Below, one piece after another: positions 1 through 13,600 of a stretch of 64,000 bases of DNA. The notes beneath the pieces were generated by a model, which was not told where the DNA came from, did not search any database, and was given only the letters and a program-made list of their open reading frames with translations. Origin of the DNA: Blasia pusilla (lineage: Eukaryota); contig CM114271.1 of NCBI GenBank assembly GCA_050084515.1, positions 46,500,001 to 46,564,000 on the forward strand, read 5' to 3'. Numbering within the stretch: position 1 is the stretch's first letter; each line of letters starts with the position of its first letter. The position numbers were made by a program, and so were the translations under genes.

Positions 1-47
<47 letters not shown>
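1..47. repeat. (CT)n microsatellite within an LTR-derived fragment
   Basis: Pure ct dinucleotide run at the window start. Its flank (catgtcaaaccaaac...) recurs at ~1200-1400 and, inverted, at ~2250-2400. Confidence 0.95.
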
Positions 48-49
<2 letters not shown>

Positions 50-2571
50 GTCAAACCAAACCTATTTTACTAATGAGAGGTTTGGGTTACTTAGTATGTA
101 TAAGGCAAGAAGGATCATAGGTCTGCTACCTCATGCTAAGAGATTCAACAAAGACAGAATGAGTTCCAAAGCTCCCTCTCTTTAAACCTTAGAAGATCGA
201 GGATGGCCTATTGAGGCTTTGGGTAATTTAAGAGAGGAGGTTTCCCCTTCGTTTCGGCTCATTTGAAGCTATTTAGAAAAACTTTTTATTTTGGGTAAGT
301 TTCAATTAAAAGTATAGTTGAATTTCCAATTTGGGAAGTGGCCATTGACCCACTATAGTAGCTCACGAGCCAATGACATGACTAGTGAGTATAGGTTATC
401 ATGGAAAGATTTTGGATGAGGAAAGGGGGTATATTGTCGAAGCCTTCTACCATACTTGTCAATTTATCCTATAAGGTGTGATAGTTGTTGTGAGCAACGC
501 AACATACATGGCTATACCATATCGCTTCACAACATACATCATTATAATCAAATACAAAGATAAACACAAGAGATACCATAGTCACTCGTGGCATCTAAAC
601 ATCAAGACGATTGTGTACCAAAATATCTCCAATCACGCCACCCTCCCCCCCTCCCCTCCCCTCTAACTAGTGATTAGATTCCTCTAACTCCATATAGTCA
701 TCTATCCCTACCTCCTATGAAATACATCACTAAGAGCAAAAAGTTTGGATGCTCATTTAGCCCCATCGTTAGTCACCTTCTTGCTATCCACACCAGCGAC
801 GCAAGTCGAGATCTATCACTAACTAGTATGTACTCTATTTACATATGGGGCACATTCATCATCCTTGAGGAGCCCTAATGAGAGGTGGAGTCAAACATGC
901 TATGTGTCACCCTTTTGAACATCCATCACACAGTAGCGTAGTGGTTGCATCGCGGGTAGATCCACAAAACATACAATATAAAACTGCAAGAGCTAATGCT
1001 ATGCTTAGATCAATTGTACCATCAATGTTTGGAAGGTTAGATCGTGCGCAATTTTGCACATTGTCCTTCCAAACCATGTCATCACGTCTCTCCAACAAGA
1101 GGATATCGGATGGCAACACCTCACACACTCTCAGGATGGTGCATCCTATTGTCACATCCAACGTTGTGAGTGCCCTCTACTACAAGTAGACTTAGCTCCC
1201 TTTACCCTAAGAGAGGGAGCTTTGGAGTTCATTATCTCTTAGTTGAACCTCTTGGCAAGAGGCAGCGGAGTTATGGTCCTCCTTGCCTTGTGAGTAATCC
1301 AAACCTTTGATTAGGAGAGTAGATTCAATTTTACATGAGAGAGAGAGATGGAGTTTTTATGAGAGCTTTTGAGCAATCTTGATTTACAAAGAGAGAATAA
1401 GCCCAAAATCTCCCTCTCCTTAGATCTACCCCCTTCCTTCTCCCAAGCTCTTTACATAATAATATATGCTTGCAGGTCATCTCCTTGGCTCTTGATTTGT
1501 TGTAGAGGGTCAAGGGCCACTTCCCTAAGTAGAGAGTCAACTATACTCCTAATAGAAACTTACCTAAAATAGTAAGTTCATATATAGCTCCAAATGAGCC
1601 AAAACAAAGGTGAAACCTTATGCCTTAGTAGATCATCCTTGACCTCTTGAGGTTGTCCTCTAATCTCATTAAAGGAACTCTACCTCAACTGGTTGATCTA
1701 TCCTAAAAGATGTAATACTACTCGTCTTAAAATAGCAAGCCAAAACTAAGTAGAGAGAGGCAATTAAATGACTAAATTTGCCTTACTAGTTTGTTTGCCC
1801 TCAACATAAGATAGTTGCTCACCATTGGAAGCAAATCGAACGAATTTCATGGTATGAGTCCTAAAATGGAGTTATGCACATAGTCCTTCCAAACCATACT
1901 ATCATGCCCCTCTAACAAGAGAACTCCAAATGGAAAAAACTCGCATACACTCCGAATGGTGCTCCATTTTGTCATATTCAAAGCTATTGGCATCTATTTG
2001 CTACAGGTAGAGATACTCCCTCTGATGGAACCTTTCGATTTTTGGTTGATAAAGTCCTCCCCAAATTGTATCATACCTTAATCTTCGGAGAGGCCTTTGG
2101 TTGGTCTTAGGTAAGTAACATTTTGAGTATATGGTCACCTTTCTATTTTTTTTTAAGTGGCCCATAACCTCCGACATCATGTCAAGACCCAAGAAGGTGA
2201 CTTGGGAGCATAGGTTACCATGGAGAGAGCTTGGGGGAGGGGAGGGGTATACCTCAAGGAGAGAGAGCTTGAGAGCTCATTCTCTCTTTGTTGAACCTCT
2301 TGACACAAGGCAGCGGAGCTACGGTGCCTTGCCTTGTGAGTGTAACTCAAGCCTCTCATTAGGAGAGTGGGTTTGGTTTGACATTGAGAGAGACATGTGA
2401 GAGTGTACACATGTGAGAATTATGGTGTTGTGAGAGAGATTGGATCTTATTTTATTGGAGATATTTTGGCACTTCTTGTCTCATTGTTTGGATGCTATGA
2501 GTTAGCATGGGATCGTGCGTGTTTGTGTGTGTGTGCGATGACAGCGATGTATGTTGTGTATGCGCACGACA
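48..2571. mobile_element. Scrambled remnants of a Gypsy LTR retrotransposon related to the DNMT/PHD family (integrase C-terminus/PHD, purine tract, LTR pieces)
   Basis: Minus ORF 907-1161 (DVTIGCTILRVCEVLP...CMFCGSTRDATTTLLCDGCSKG) aligns with the integrase-PHD ORF at 39924-40229. A second fragment lies at ~1870-2070. G-rich purine tract on the minus strand at ~640-662. LTR end ...gcgcacgaca at 2571. Confidence 0.75.
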
Positions 2572-4249
2572 AGGCAAACAAGGTTCGAGACCTTGAAGCC
2601 AAGAAGTCAAGGGCGAGAAGCAATGAACACATGAGATGGCGAGATGCTACAAGACTACTCATGAAACGCAAAGAGTGACAAGACAACCGTGCTATGCTAA
2701 ACGGGCAATCAATATGAGCGTTATCCATAAGATACATGAAACGCAAGTTCAAGATCCAAGATAAGTTTGGGGATCCAAGAGTTGCATTAGTTGCAAGAAA
2801 CCTCCGCCTAGCCATCTTGATGGATATCTAGTCAAACATTGGTCCGCAGGTTGCAAACCACATTTGGGTTGAGGGCCAATCAAGGGCCTGAGGAGCAAAA
2901 TGGGAAAGATGGGATTATCCCAAAAATCCCCAGAAGTACCTCTAGGGGTGACAATCTCCCTCCTCATCCACTTAAGTCCTTGAACCAAGAACTAACCGTG
3001 ATGCATATTTAGCCGTGTTTCAGGTTCCAACTCGAGGACGCACCTTGAGGAATTAACCAACGTGCTCTGGTTTAAGGCAAGCCACTTGGGGATATTGGTC
3101 AAGGCTTGGGTAAAAGGCTTTCTAAGAAGATGGTACGCACTTGGGGAGACTCAATCCAATTAGCACTAGCGGATTTTCGGCTACCTACGGAACGTGCAAC
3201 CGATTGAGTCTTTGGGACTCAACCTAAGTCTTTTGCTTGCAAAGCTAAAGGTTGGGAGTATTTCAAGGTGGAGCTAGCTAAAGTAAAGGTTAGACTCTAC
3301 GACACAAAATCTTATTTTCATCAACAAGTCATGTTCCTCAATGGTGACGTAACTCAATACTCTTCGACGGTGTAGTCTTGTTCAATGTAGCAAAGTGCAA
3401 CAACCTTGTTGAAGAAAAATGACATAACATCTAATGACATAATTTTTTTTTTAAAAGGCGATACTTCCCCTATCATCAAACGCTCTTTACTCCTTACAGC
3501 TAGTAAAGTTCCACTATCAACAGAATATAGGGCAACCATAAGTGGCATGATGCGGAAATTGGAAACGTATTGCAACTACATGTATCACAATATGATCACT
3601 GTGGACTCTAAGCAACTACCATGCAACATTATATATCCATGAGTGACAAACGTGGTTGGACCATATCAATATGCAATACCTTTGCCTTCATTGGTCAAAC
3701 TATAATCGAAGGATGATCCATAAACACTCAATGCTCTAGAGATATTGACCAATTACCATGTCACACTTGTATCCATATGGCCACAACTATGTGCGCATGG
3801 GTTCTATTTTAACTTTACTCAAAATTCAAAATTTTTCTTTTCCTCCGAAAGGCCTTGGCTAATACAAAAATGGCCATCATTTTGTCAATTTTTCATAAAA
3901 TTCTCTACTATTATTTTTTTGTTGCATTCTCTATTCAAAGATCCATAGCATCATGAAAGTTTTCACAACATAAAGTATGGACCTATGATTGACAAAGACT
4001 GTCATACAATCCATAACCTAATTTTTGGTAGTGTGCATTGCTTTTGTATGAAAAATCCTCACATAGAAAAAACAAGCTCGTGCTCTGATGAGCCATAGGT
4101 TGTTGAATAGGGAACACAATCGCCAAAATGCAAACTGAGTGAGAACATCATCGAACTCCCTCTCCAAAAACGCACAACTCATCCACCTCTCTTTACAATT
4201 CTCACGTATTCTCTCTTTGTAAAACAAAAACTTGTCTCTTACAAACACA

Positions 4250-4350
<101 letters not shown>

Positions 4351-4723
4351 CTTGACCCTAAACCCTAAAAGGATCAAATATAAGATCAATTATCTTGAAA
4401 TAAAGAATTAACCAAAAAAATAAACACGTTAATATTCATCTCTTCTACCATGGATTATTTCCAAGGGGATTTGGGGGAGGGGTCATTTGAAGTGGATAGT
4501 CCTCCCCCATATGGAGGGGTCCGTCGGAGTCTATTTGAAGAATTTCTTATTTTTGGTTAATTCTTTATTTCAAGATAATTGATCTTATATTTGATCCTCC
4601 GATGGTGCCCCTTGGAAACCATCCATGGTAGAAGAGATGAATATTAATGTGTTGACAACTGAGCTTTGTCTTCATGACATAGATAAGCAATCAATGAGAA
4701 AACTTGTGAAATGATAGTACGCT

Positions 4724-5180
4724 GTGAGACATGCGACTGATGGATTTATTCCTTTTGCAGTGGAAATATTCGGTCATTTACATGTGTCTTTTGATACTTT
4801 TATGAAAACATGTGCTCACCACTCCCTCGAGAATCATCACCTTGCCCCTTCCCGTAGTCCTTCTCTCTCGGTAGTTACTACTTATTTTCGGCAATGCATC
4901 TCAATGGCGTTACAACGTGCACAAGCTTTGGCATTGATACGTCGTGCGGAGGTGGTGGGGGGTCGCTCTCCTCTTCGTCCATTCACGTTTGACCAACCAC
5001 TCGTGTTCTTGTTAGATTTGTTTGAGGCTATCAATCGTGTAGCTCGTTGAGCCGGTGTTCGTGTTGGATTGTTGCCATTTTCTTTTTGCATTCTTTTATG
5101 CATTTTTTACTCCTCTTTTGAGTTGTTATTACCTTTCTTTGTCCTCTTTTGAATTTTATTTTATGATAAAGTGGATATAT
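4724..5180 (+). mobile_element. 3' fragment of an RLE-type (CRE/R2-like) non-LTR retrotransposon
   Basis: ORF 4724-5050 FIPFAVEIFG...YFRQCISMALQRAQA resembles the C-terminal FxPxxxExxG...QRLSVALQRxNA end of restriction-like-endonuclease LINE ORFs. It is followed by a T-rich 3' UTR. No RT upstream (5'-truncated). Confidence 0.6.
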
Positions 5181-7652
5181 ACTCATAGTACGGAATGCAT
5201 TTGAAAGCCATAGTCGCCTAAACCTATGCCTTTCGCATACATCAGTGTAAACACATTCAAAGTCCCTAAAATAGAATGCACTAAACCAAACGAAAAGGCC
5301 AATGGAAAAGTAGTCCACCTATGTGGCTGGAAATAGGGAGTCGTAATAGAGGCCGTAAATGCCAGTCATCATAAAAAACCGATGGCTATTTTAGCACAAG
5401 AATGTTCGAAAACGCACCACGTCCAAATGTTGTCGACCGTGAACCAATGATCGGGGAGATCTGGGATTACGAGTAAACCTAGCCGGTAAAATTCGAGAAT
5501 TTTACCGACTGATTTTAAAATTGCTTATGAAAAACCAGTTGGATTCGAGCATGTCCTTTGTATTTAGTATCTGAAAACCGGTTCAAAAACCGGAATTACT
5601 GTTTCCGATAGGACATTCCCGGCGATGTACCGGGTCCCACGAAAAAACTCCCCGAACTCTGCCGTGAACGCATTACCTCCGAGAGTTCGAATGAGGGCGC
5701 TTCATTTGCTCATTCATTTGCTAAACCTTATCCTGACAGTTTGTTTCATGAAATGTCACATGTAAGAGCAGGTTCCGCCTCTTAAATTTTTTTCCCATGC
5801 CCCCTCTTTTGTATCGTGATGGGTTTCCCATCCTTTTTCTACATATACATATTTAATATTTGTTTTTCCCACAAGAGAATGTAAAGGCAAAGGGAATCGT
5901 CGAAAGCCAAAAGTGGGGTACGTTCGACAGATATGGATGCGACCGCCTCTCTAACCTCATGTCACCTACCCAACTTCACTTATTACGTTACGCGAAGAAC
6001 ATGTGCGGGGCGCTTGCGCACTATGATGAAGGCCGGCAGAGGATTAACTTTTGTGATAAAAGGAAATTGGCGCTCTGTTTTTGGGGCAGGCGCAGTAATG
6101 GCTCATTCATCTTCTGTTGTTGTTAAGCGAGGACTTTTAGAGCGTACCTGCGAGAGTCGAGGGAGGCGAGAATATGCTCCAGGTAATTAATGAAGCAACT
6201 TGGAAATTATTGATCGCTTTTGTTGTGCCTAGTTTCGGTAGGGGTCCACTGCACATAAATTGTCACTTTCGTTCGAAGGCCACCCACTTCCTCAGGGGCC
6301 TTACTCATGGACATGTCGACATTCGCATGCATGGCGACGTAGGGGAAATGGCGTGCTCGAGATTGTGAGGTACGGAAGAGCGCTTCTGCGCGAGGGATGT
6401 TGTGAAGATTGCAGTTCGTGCATGAGATGAATGTGACCGACATTCTGCCGGTTAAGTGTATGGCATTTCGCCAACGGTTTCTTCAAATGGTGGAAATATC
6501 TTTGCGTATTCTCTCTGCCACGTTCTCGGTATCTGGTCCTTCGGCGATTGTGTTCTGGATGAACGAAATACGGTACGTGAACGAAAGACCGTCAGGAATC
6601 ACGTGTTTTGGCGTTCGACAGTTTCCATCGCTTGGATTTTGGAACCGATAATAAAATGCGAGGGTGCTCTCCGGAGTCGCTCCGATCATCGACCCTCGAG
6701 CATGCTGTCAGTCATGGTCAACGTACGTGAGCGCGGCCGACTACCAGTAGAGACCGACCTGTGAACAAGAGTAATGTCCTCTCCACGAACGTCTCCAAGG
6801 AGGGAAACATCGTCGTGTGGCGTGCTGGTTTCAGACCTCACACAGTGCTGCGAGGAGATGGGAGTCAGGTGACATCGAAGAAATAGCTCGGATCTCGCAA
6901 ACGCAGTTGGGCGATGGCAGAGGGTTTCGACTGGCACAGCTGCGCGTCCCAAGTACTGTATCAATCGGACAGAAAGCGTTTAAAGACAGGCAGAGGCTCG
7001 AAGAATGTACATGAGGCGGTCATGCCTACTGTGAAGATCTCTGAAAGTTCCGACAGATTTTACTGGTTTCAACATAAGAGTATTAATTATTATTGTCTGC
7101 AGTCATGGGCATTGAGCACTGTCAACTTCGCACTGTATTCACCCGAGTTTTTGCAATATCGAGGAAGACCTAGCAAATAGGAAATAGCCAAGCAGCCTGA
7201 CTATCTGTAAGGTAGAAAGAACTGGTACTCGTGAGTTCTGGCGGTAAGGTCATATTGAATCGTCCACCATCCGAAACGGACCTCACCAGACATAAGTTTG
7301 CATCCTCCACCCATCCATCCACCCACAGAATTGGAACATTTGGTAGCTGGAATAAACACGACCTCCCATATCAAACTAGAAAACACCCTTGAGATTATCT
7401 TCAGGGTGGAGAGCTTTACACATCAGGCGACATAAAACCATGTCACGGTAGAAAAAACCGAGCCTCGCACCAGCCACAATGGTCTGTCACTGTAAGCGAA
7501 CTATTTTCCTATTCGCCATGTCAGTATAAGGACCCATGTCAGTGAAAGGAACAATGCCGCCTGCCCATACATTGTCCCTCGAGTGTCACAAATATCCAAT
7601 ATCACCTATGTCATTTGCATGATATAAAAACAAATGAGAATCCAGAATTTAA

Positions 7653-10600
7653 TCACGAACTGATGGAGGGTAACAGCACAGATGAGACACACACAGGTGC
7701 TGCAAAAAAGAGAGCAGGAGTAAACCCACTGGGACCCCTGCGTCGTCCACCACCACCACTACCACCACCACTAGGGCTTGAACCCGAGGGCTTCATTAGC
7801 TTCCGCTTATACCTCTTCAATGCTGAAGCCAAATTTTCCTTTCCTTTCGGAAAGGCTATGTCTCCAGCAGCGGTGCCTGTGCGCCCTTTCCGGGAGCTAA
7901 CAGCTCCTTCCACTTCTTTAATCCTCTCTAAAAATACTGCGGCACTTGTACCCTTCCCTTTCGTACTACTTGAGCTTCGGCCCCAGGGCCATGATGGTTG
8001 GTAGCTTGGAATGGCAGAGCTTGCCAAATCCCCACTGCTGTAGTCGCGCAAGCTTCCTTGTAAGCTCCCTTGTCTACACAGCGAACTTCTGCGCTTGATT
8101 CCATCAAGTAACATAGGATCATTTATACATCTACACAATGGGGGTACTGTCCGAGGCTTAGAAAATGCAGGCTCCAGAACACCCTGCAAGGATACATCAT
8201 ACAGTCAGAGAAACAATTCAGTCTAGCTAACTGATCTAGTACACATGAACACAAAGCCATAAACCTCAAACTAATAAGAGTTGGCAGGGGAACTTCTAAA
8301 TCTGCACAATAGAAAAATGAACTTAGTCAGACTTGTTCACAGGACCACACCTACTCATCTACACCAGACCTAGCATTTTCAGTAGGAATTGTACCACCAA
8401 CATGAACCAGGTTTGTAGGAGCCTGGTGGTGGAAGGGTCTTGGCGTGACTCATGCCATCACATCTTTGATCATTTCCCACCCAGAGTGGTTGAAGACCCT
8501 TGATGAATCAGATTTGTGACATATTGTGCCACTTAATCTTCAAAACTTACAGGAAACTTACTCAGACTGCTAAACCTATCACTGAAGACCAATTAGTGAA
8601 GCCAAATATAAATTCTTACCTGGAGTCTGTTCAACACATAGGTATACTTTCCCCATAGCTCCGGTCGACTTTCCATGTAAGACAGTTCCAGGACCCGATG
8701 TATACACCATACACCAAAGCTGATGAGTATCGACCTATCCCACACGCAATTGTCTCCACAATGAGGAGTAGGATTGCTAACTTTTGCTGTAGATAACAGG
8801 GATTCATTGCAGCTCCTCTGAGACCGACTGTGATTTTCCCACAGAGAGGGCTCAATACTACCATATAACCTGGATACATCATATTTCTCAGCCTCCATCG
8901 TAGTCCTCTGCATAGCAGCAGTTGCAGCAATAAGATCCTCATCTGCTCCATTGTCTGGTCGGAAAAGCCAGTCTGAACCTTCCAGCCGGAGAAGTTTCAC
9001 CAGGCAAGTGCGAAAGTTTTCAAGAATCTCCCGTTCAGACTCTACAGCCTTCATCAAAGAGCTACCTGAAACAGGTGGTGGCAGAGGTCGGGTATTGCTC
9101 CTCCTTCCAGGCAATGGAGATGCTACACCTATAGTATCTGTACTCCCAAAAAGTTGTTCGAAAGGCTGCCTTGACCATAAGGAGTGATTTTCAGGTCTTG
9201 GGGTGGAAGTCTGAATAGAAAACCCATCCTTGTGTGATTGAGAAGGAGAAAGCTCATCGAAAACTAATGGTGCCCTGTCTTTATCTCCTCCACGACCGAT
9301 CGGAGAATGTCCAAGAGAGACTGTGCGGCGGATATTACTACCCTGAGTGCTTCCTACTGGATTCATGTCTAGTTCTCCAGTAGCTCGATATACTAGAGGA
9401 TTCCACCTGCCGGTTTGGTAAACAAGTGGATCCCATTGAGAAGAGTCATAACTTGACGTTTCAGAAGGACCCAAATGTTTCTCTGTTTGTGATAACAGTC
9501 GATCAGAACCTTCAGTATCAACAGAAGTCCTGGCACTTGCTTTGATGCTTGACCACGGAGAAGTCAGTAACGGTTGAGCTGAAGTGTCATATGTATTTTG
9601 TCGTTCACCACGAAGTGACCGTGAATCAACTTCTAGATGACCTTGACCTGTAGCAGACTCTGATCCAAAGATCTTCATGTCCAGATGCAAAGGCCTTGCT
9701 TTGGTACCACCTGGAAAACCTGCTCTCCCAGAAAATGATGGGCTTCGATACCCATGAATTGTGGCTGGCTGGTAATCATACTCTTCATGATGGCTTGGGA
9801 AGCGCATGCTCGAGTATCGCCGTTCACCCTCATGACCTGAAATCCCGTACTCTGGCATCCGGGCTTGTGACATCTGAGATGAGGTGGATGCGGCTGCATG
9901 TGTCCACAACCGGCTGTATGCATCCGTACAGCCACTCTGGTCATTCAAATTATTAGGGGTTTTCCAGGACCACTTGGGCTGTATTTGTGGCTTTCGATCT
10001 TCAGTCCCTTCTTGGTAGCCTAACTTCTCCTGCTGGGCACCATCCAAATGCGAAATCGGAGCAGATGTGCCAAGGGATTTATATTGGATAGGCTTACCAT
10101 AGTAGTCAAATAGACTTCCCCAAAATTCTTCAAGAATAGAAGCAAATTGCCTGCGTGCAGCCCTTCCTAGCCCAGAGAGTCTAGAAAGGCTTCCACTCCC
10201 ACTTCCTCCTCCACTACCCTCACTAGTGTCACTTCTCACACTTCTTCCAGATTCAGGTCCTTCGTACTGAAAGATGTTGGAGCCACTATTGACGGTGGGT
10301 CCTACTGCATCTACAATCACGTCATCTTGTTCCAAGGTCTCCCAAGCATCCATTTCATCATCATCCTTCCCTAGCAATTCTGAATCTGCCTCTGCCTCTG
10401 CTTCAGTTAGGGCAATGGCTTCCCTATCTTCAGCTGTTCGTACTTCCTCCACAATGACTGGCTTGATGATATCCAATTGATTTGCTTCAGACTTTTGTGG
10501 GGAGGAAGCACATGGAGATCCAATAATAGAAGAGCTTGTAGAAGACAAGGGATCAAGCAGCGAAAGGTCATCGCAGCTACCAACAGAATATACTTTCAGG

Positions 10601-13600
10601 GCCTCCTCATTTTTTGAAGGTTCAGCTGAAGCTTCTTGATCCCCTTCAGTCAAATCTGGGCTCTCCGCATATTGGGTACTAGCAACCAGAGATGATTCAA
10701 CCACCACAGTTTCCTGATCATCTTTGCTATAAAAGACACTTTCCACAACAGAGGAATGGTCAAAAAAGCTAGATGAGGTTGCGACGTCCAGATGACCATA
10801 ATCTTCTTGTTCTCTCCTCTCATAAGCTTCAATCCAGAGAGCCCCTGCTGCACAGTGGCTGTCCATTTTCAGAGGACTAAATATCAACCAAATCAGGAAA
10901 CCAAGTGTCACAGCCAATGAGAGAGATATGGTGGCAAAGACCATACTTGGCACTGATTCTCCTCCAATAGCCAGAACCCACTCAAAGCCAGGCACGTACT
11001 CCAGTGCACCAAAGCCAGCACCACCCTCTTCACTTTCTCCAAATACTAAATCAAAGATGAGCCATATGTTAATGCCACCTATCAAAGTAATGGACAACCA
11101 TGCCAAGGTTTCCGAAAACAAAGAGTTTTTGTGGGAACCCATGATCCTCTCACAAGAGGTAATTTTGATCAGAGGAATAACAGTGAAGGGAAGCTGAAGG
11201 GCCAGTATCACTTGGGAGAAGACCAGCATTCGATAGGTGCCTTCGTGACCGTATCTCCACACACATATGGCTGCAGGAAATATTGCTATTGCACGAATTG
11301 TGAGCCGGTGTAGCCAAGGGTGAACTTTATATTGTAGAAACGTCTCTGACACTAGCTGCCCAGCCGTACTTCCTGTGAGAGTAGACAGCTGACCTGCAAC
11401 TAGCAATGCTAGACCAAATGCCGCAGGGGAGATTGAATTGTTCAAAATCTGCATCCAGACAAGAGATTTCTCAAAATTCTTGCAGCACCTCCAGTGGCAA
11501 GATTGTATGACAGGTAGGGTCAAAGACAAAATATCACCAATTCGTAAAAAGGAACAACGCACAATAAACCTAAGCACCTAATCCACCACATCCTACATCT
11601 TTACCACTTCATCTAGGTAACCAGGTAAAACTTCATTTTCCATCGGGAGCCTGATCACTTCCATTCACAGTAATACATGCAGTCACAAGACTAAAATATA
11701 TGACTCGCCATGAGAATAAAAGAATTCTCCATAGCTCCTATACTATGAATCACTCCTTTGCTCTACAATGCCCTCATCCAAAGAACCCTAAACAACTACT
11801 CCATAAACCTATCACATGGACAGGTAGTTATGACCCTTCCTCATTCTGACTCATACCACACTGCCAGAAAATATCATGGCTATTTGTCCGCTAGTTTGAG
11901 AACATGGCTTCCAAGTTTCTAAAAAGGAGTCTATTCTTTTATTCAAGTGACTCGTTTCAGGGTCCAATGTCTTAGTTGTCCAAGAACATACATCAGAGCA
12001 GCCAATTAGTGACGAGCATGTGTGAGTTGAGAAGTGCAAGTTCAAACTCCAAAAACTTGAACTGAAGGATTGCCTGCATGTAAGCAAAAAAAGTAAATAT
12101 ATAAAGAAAATCAATCTACCTGCTCTATGAGAGCCTGTGCATCTTCGAGTGTGAGGACAACAAGGCCGGCGTTGTGAAAAGTAGTGACAGCCACAATCAG
12201 AACAGTCAAGTTCACCACGAGCACGGCACTGAAGGCAGATAAGGTGTCCAACAAATTGTAGTGGCACAGCATATCCACTGATTGATTACCTGCCTTTGAT
12301 TGTCCCTGCTTCAAAGCAAAGAGGCACATCACAATCAAGTCTTAACCCCCTATGTGGCCTATTTCCATGGACTCACTGGCATGCACCCGGGGCATGCAAC
12401 ACATAAACCATCAAGACAAATCTTATTTGACAAGTGCTAACCCAAACAATGACAGGCCTGCAGTGCTCAATCGGAGTTACAAAATAAGGATTGACCAAAT
12501 TTTACATTCCAATCCGAATGCTTAGGCTCACTCTTACAAATTAAAATAGTAAAAATCTTTTTGACCAAACAGGGAACTTACACTCCACTGTTTCTACAAT
12601 GCAATTACCTACTGATAAAATCCAGCATGCTCTTGTGTGATCCTTGAGAGATCTCAATCCACAGCAGCTGTACGGGGAATTCACTATGTATTTGTTCCAG
12701 AGGAGTCCTGAATCTCAACACAGATCCCTATCAGCAGATCATTTCTCAACACCCTTACCCATTAGCAGAACGGCTGACTCTAATTATAAAGAACATCACA
12801 GAGATATTAGATTACATACTTGAACCAGAGAGGAATGCAGGTAGAAGTTGTGAGGCATCACGTTGGCGCCCAGCAAACTGATTGCCGTGTACAAAGTGTC
12901 GTGTCTAAGCTTTGGCCACATGCCCACGACCATTGCCAGTGGTGGTGGACTAGTAAGTATACTGTCCAGAAGAAAGCACAGCAATACCATTCCCACCACG
13001 AAAATAGTGATCACTTCGGCCTTTCTTATTTCCTGGGAAAAGGCCCGCACAACCAAATCAGCTCACCCAGCCCACTCAGACCTGCTCTCTATGGGAGACC
13101 GGGCAAACAAACTACATCGCCATGTGCTCTAAATTGAATATGAATCAGGGTCGGTAACACTTACCATCAGAGGTAAAATGACAAGAAATACCACTGAATC
13201 AACAACCATCAGGAAAAGACTGGGAAGAATTGGCATCCGAAGTACAACATTCAACCCTATAGCTGTTCCCAACACCTGCAAAACCTCCAACAGAGCATAA
13301 AAAATCTGTCATTCCATGCACTGGACAATCCACAACATTACCAAACACTTCTCACAGTCCAGTCACGTGATAACATTGCTTTCAATAAATTCAATTAAAC
13401 TAGACTCTTGAAATGAAACACACCCCCATCTGTTTTGGCATAAATATCTTGCTCTATGGTGACAATCTCTGTAGGATATTTGTGAGCTGTCATTATCTAT
13501 GTGGGGTGCTCCCTTCAAATCCATCATTCCTAGAACTGGCCATGTGGACTCAGTTACTACAATTGCATGAAGTGTGATGGATGTGAAGTCACACTTATTT

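Noticed and set aside
3340-3960. Possible CACTA-like transposase remnant on the minus strand
   Set aside because: Too degenerate; no diagnostic motif or termini could be confirmed.
5800-7200. Short ORFs downstream of EIN2
   Set aside because: No recognisable domains or consistent exon chain; treated as 3' flank/intergenic.
11449-11577. N-terminal 43 residues of the 994-aa ORF
   Set aside because: Intronic read-through; the EIN2 exon starts at the AG acceptor before 11448.
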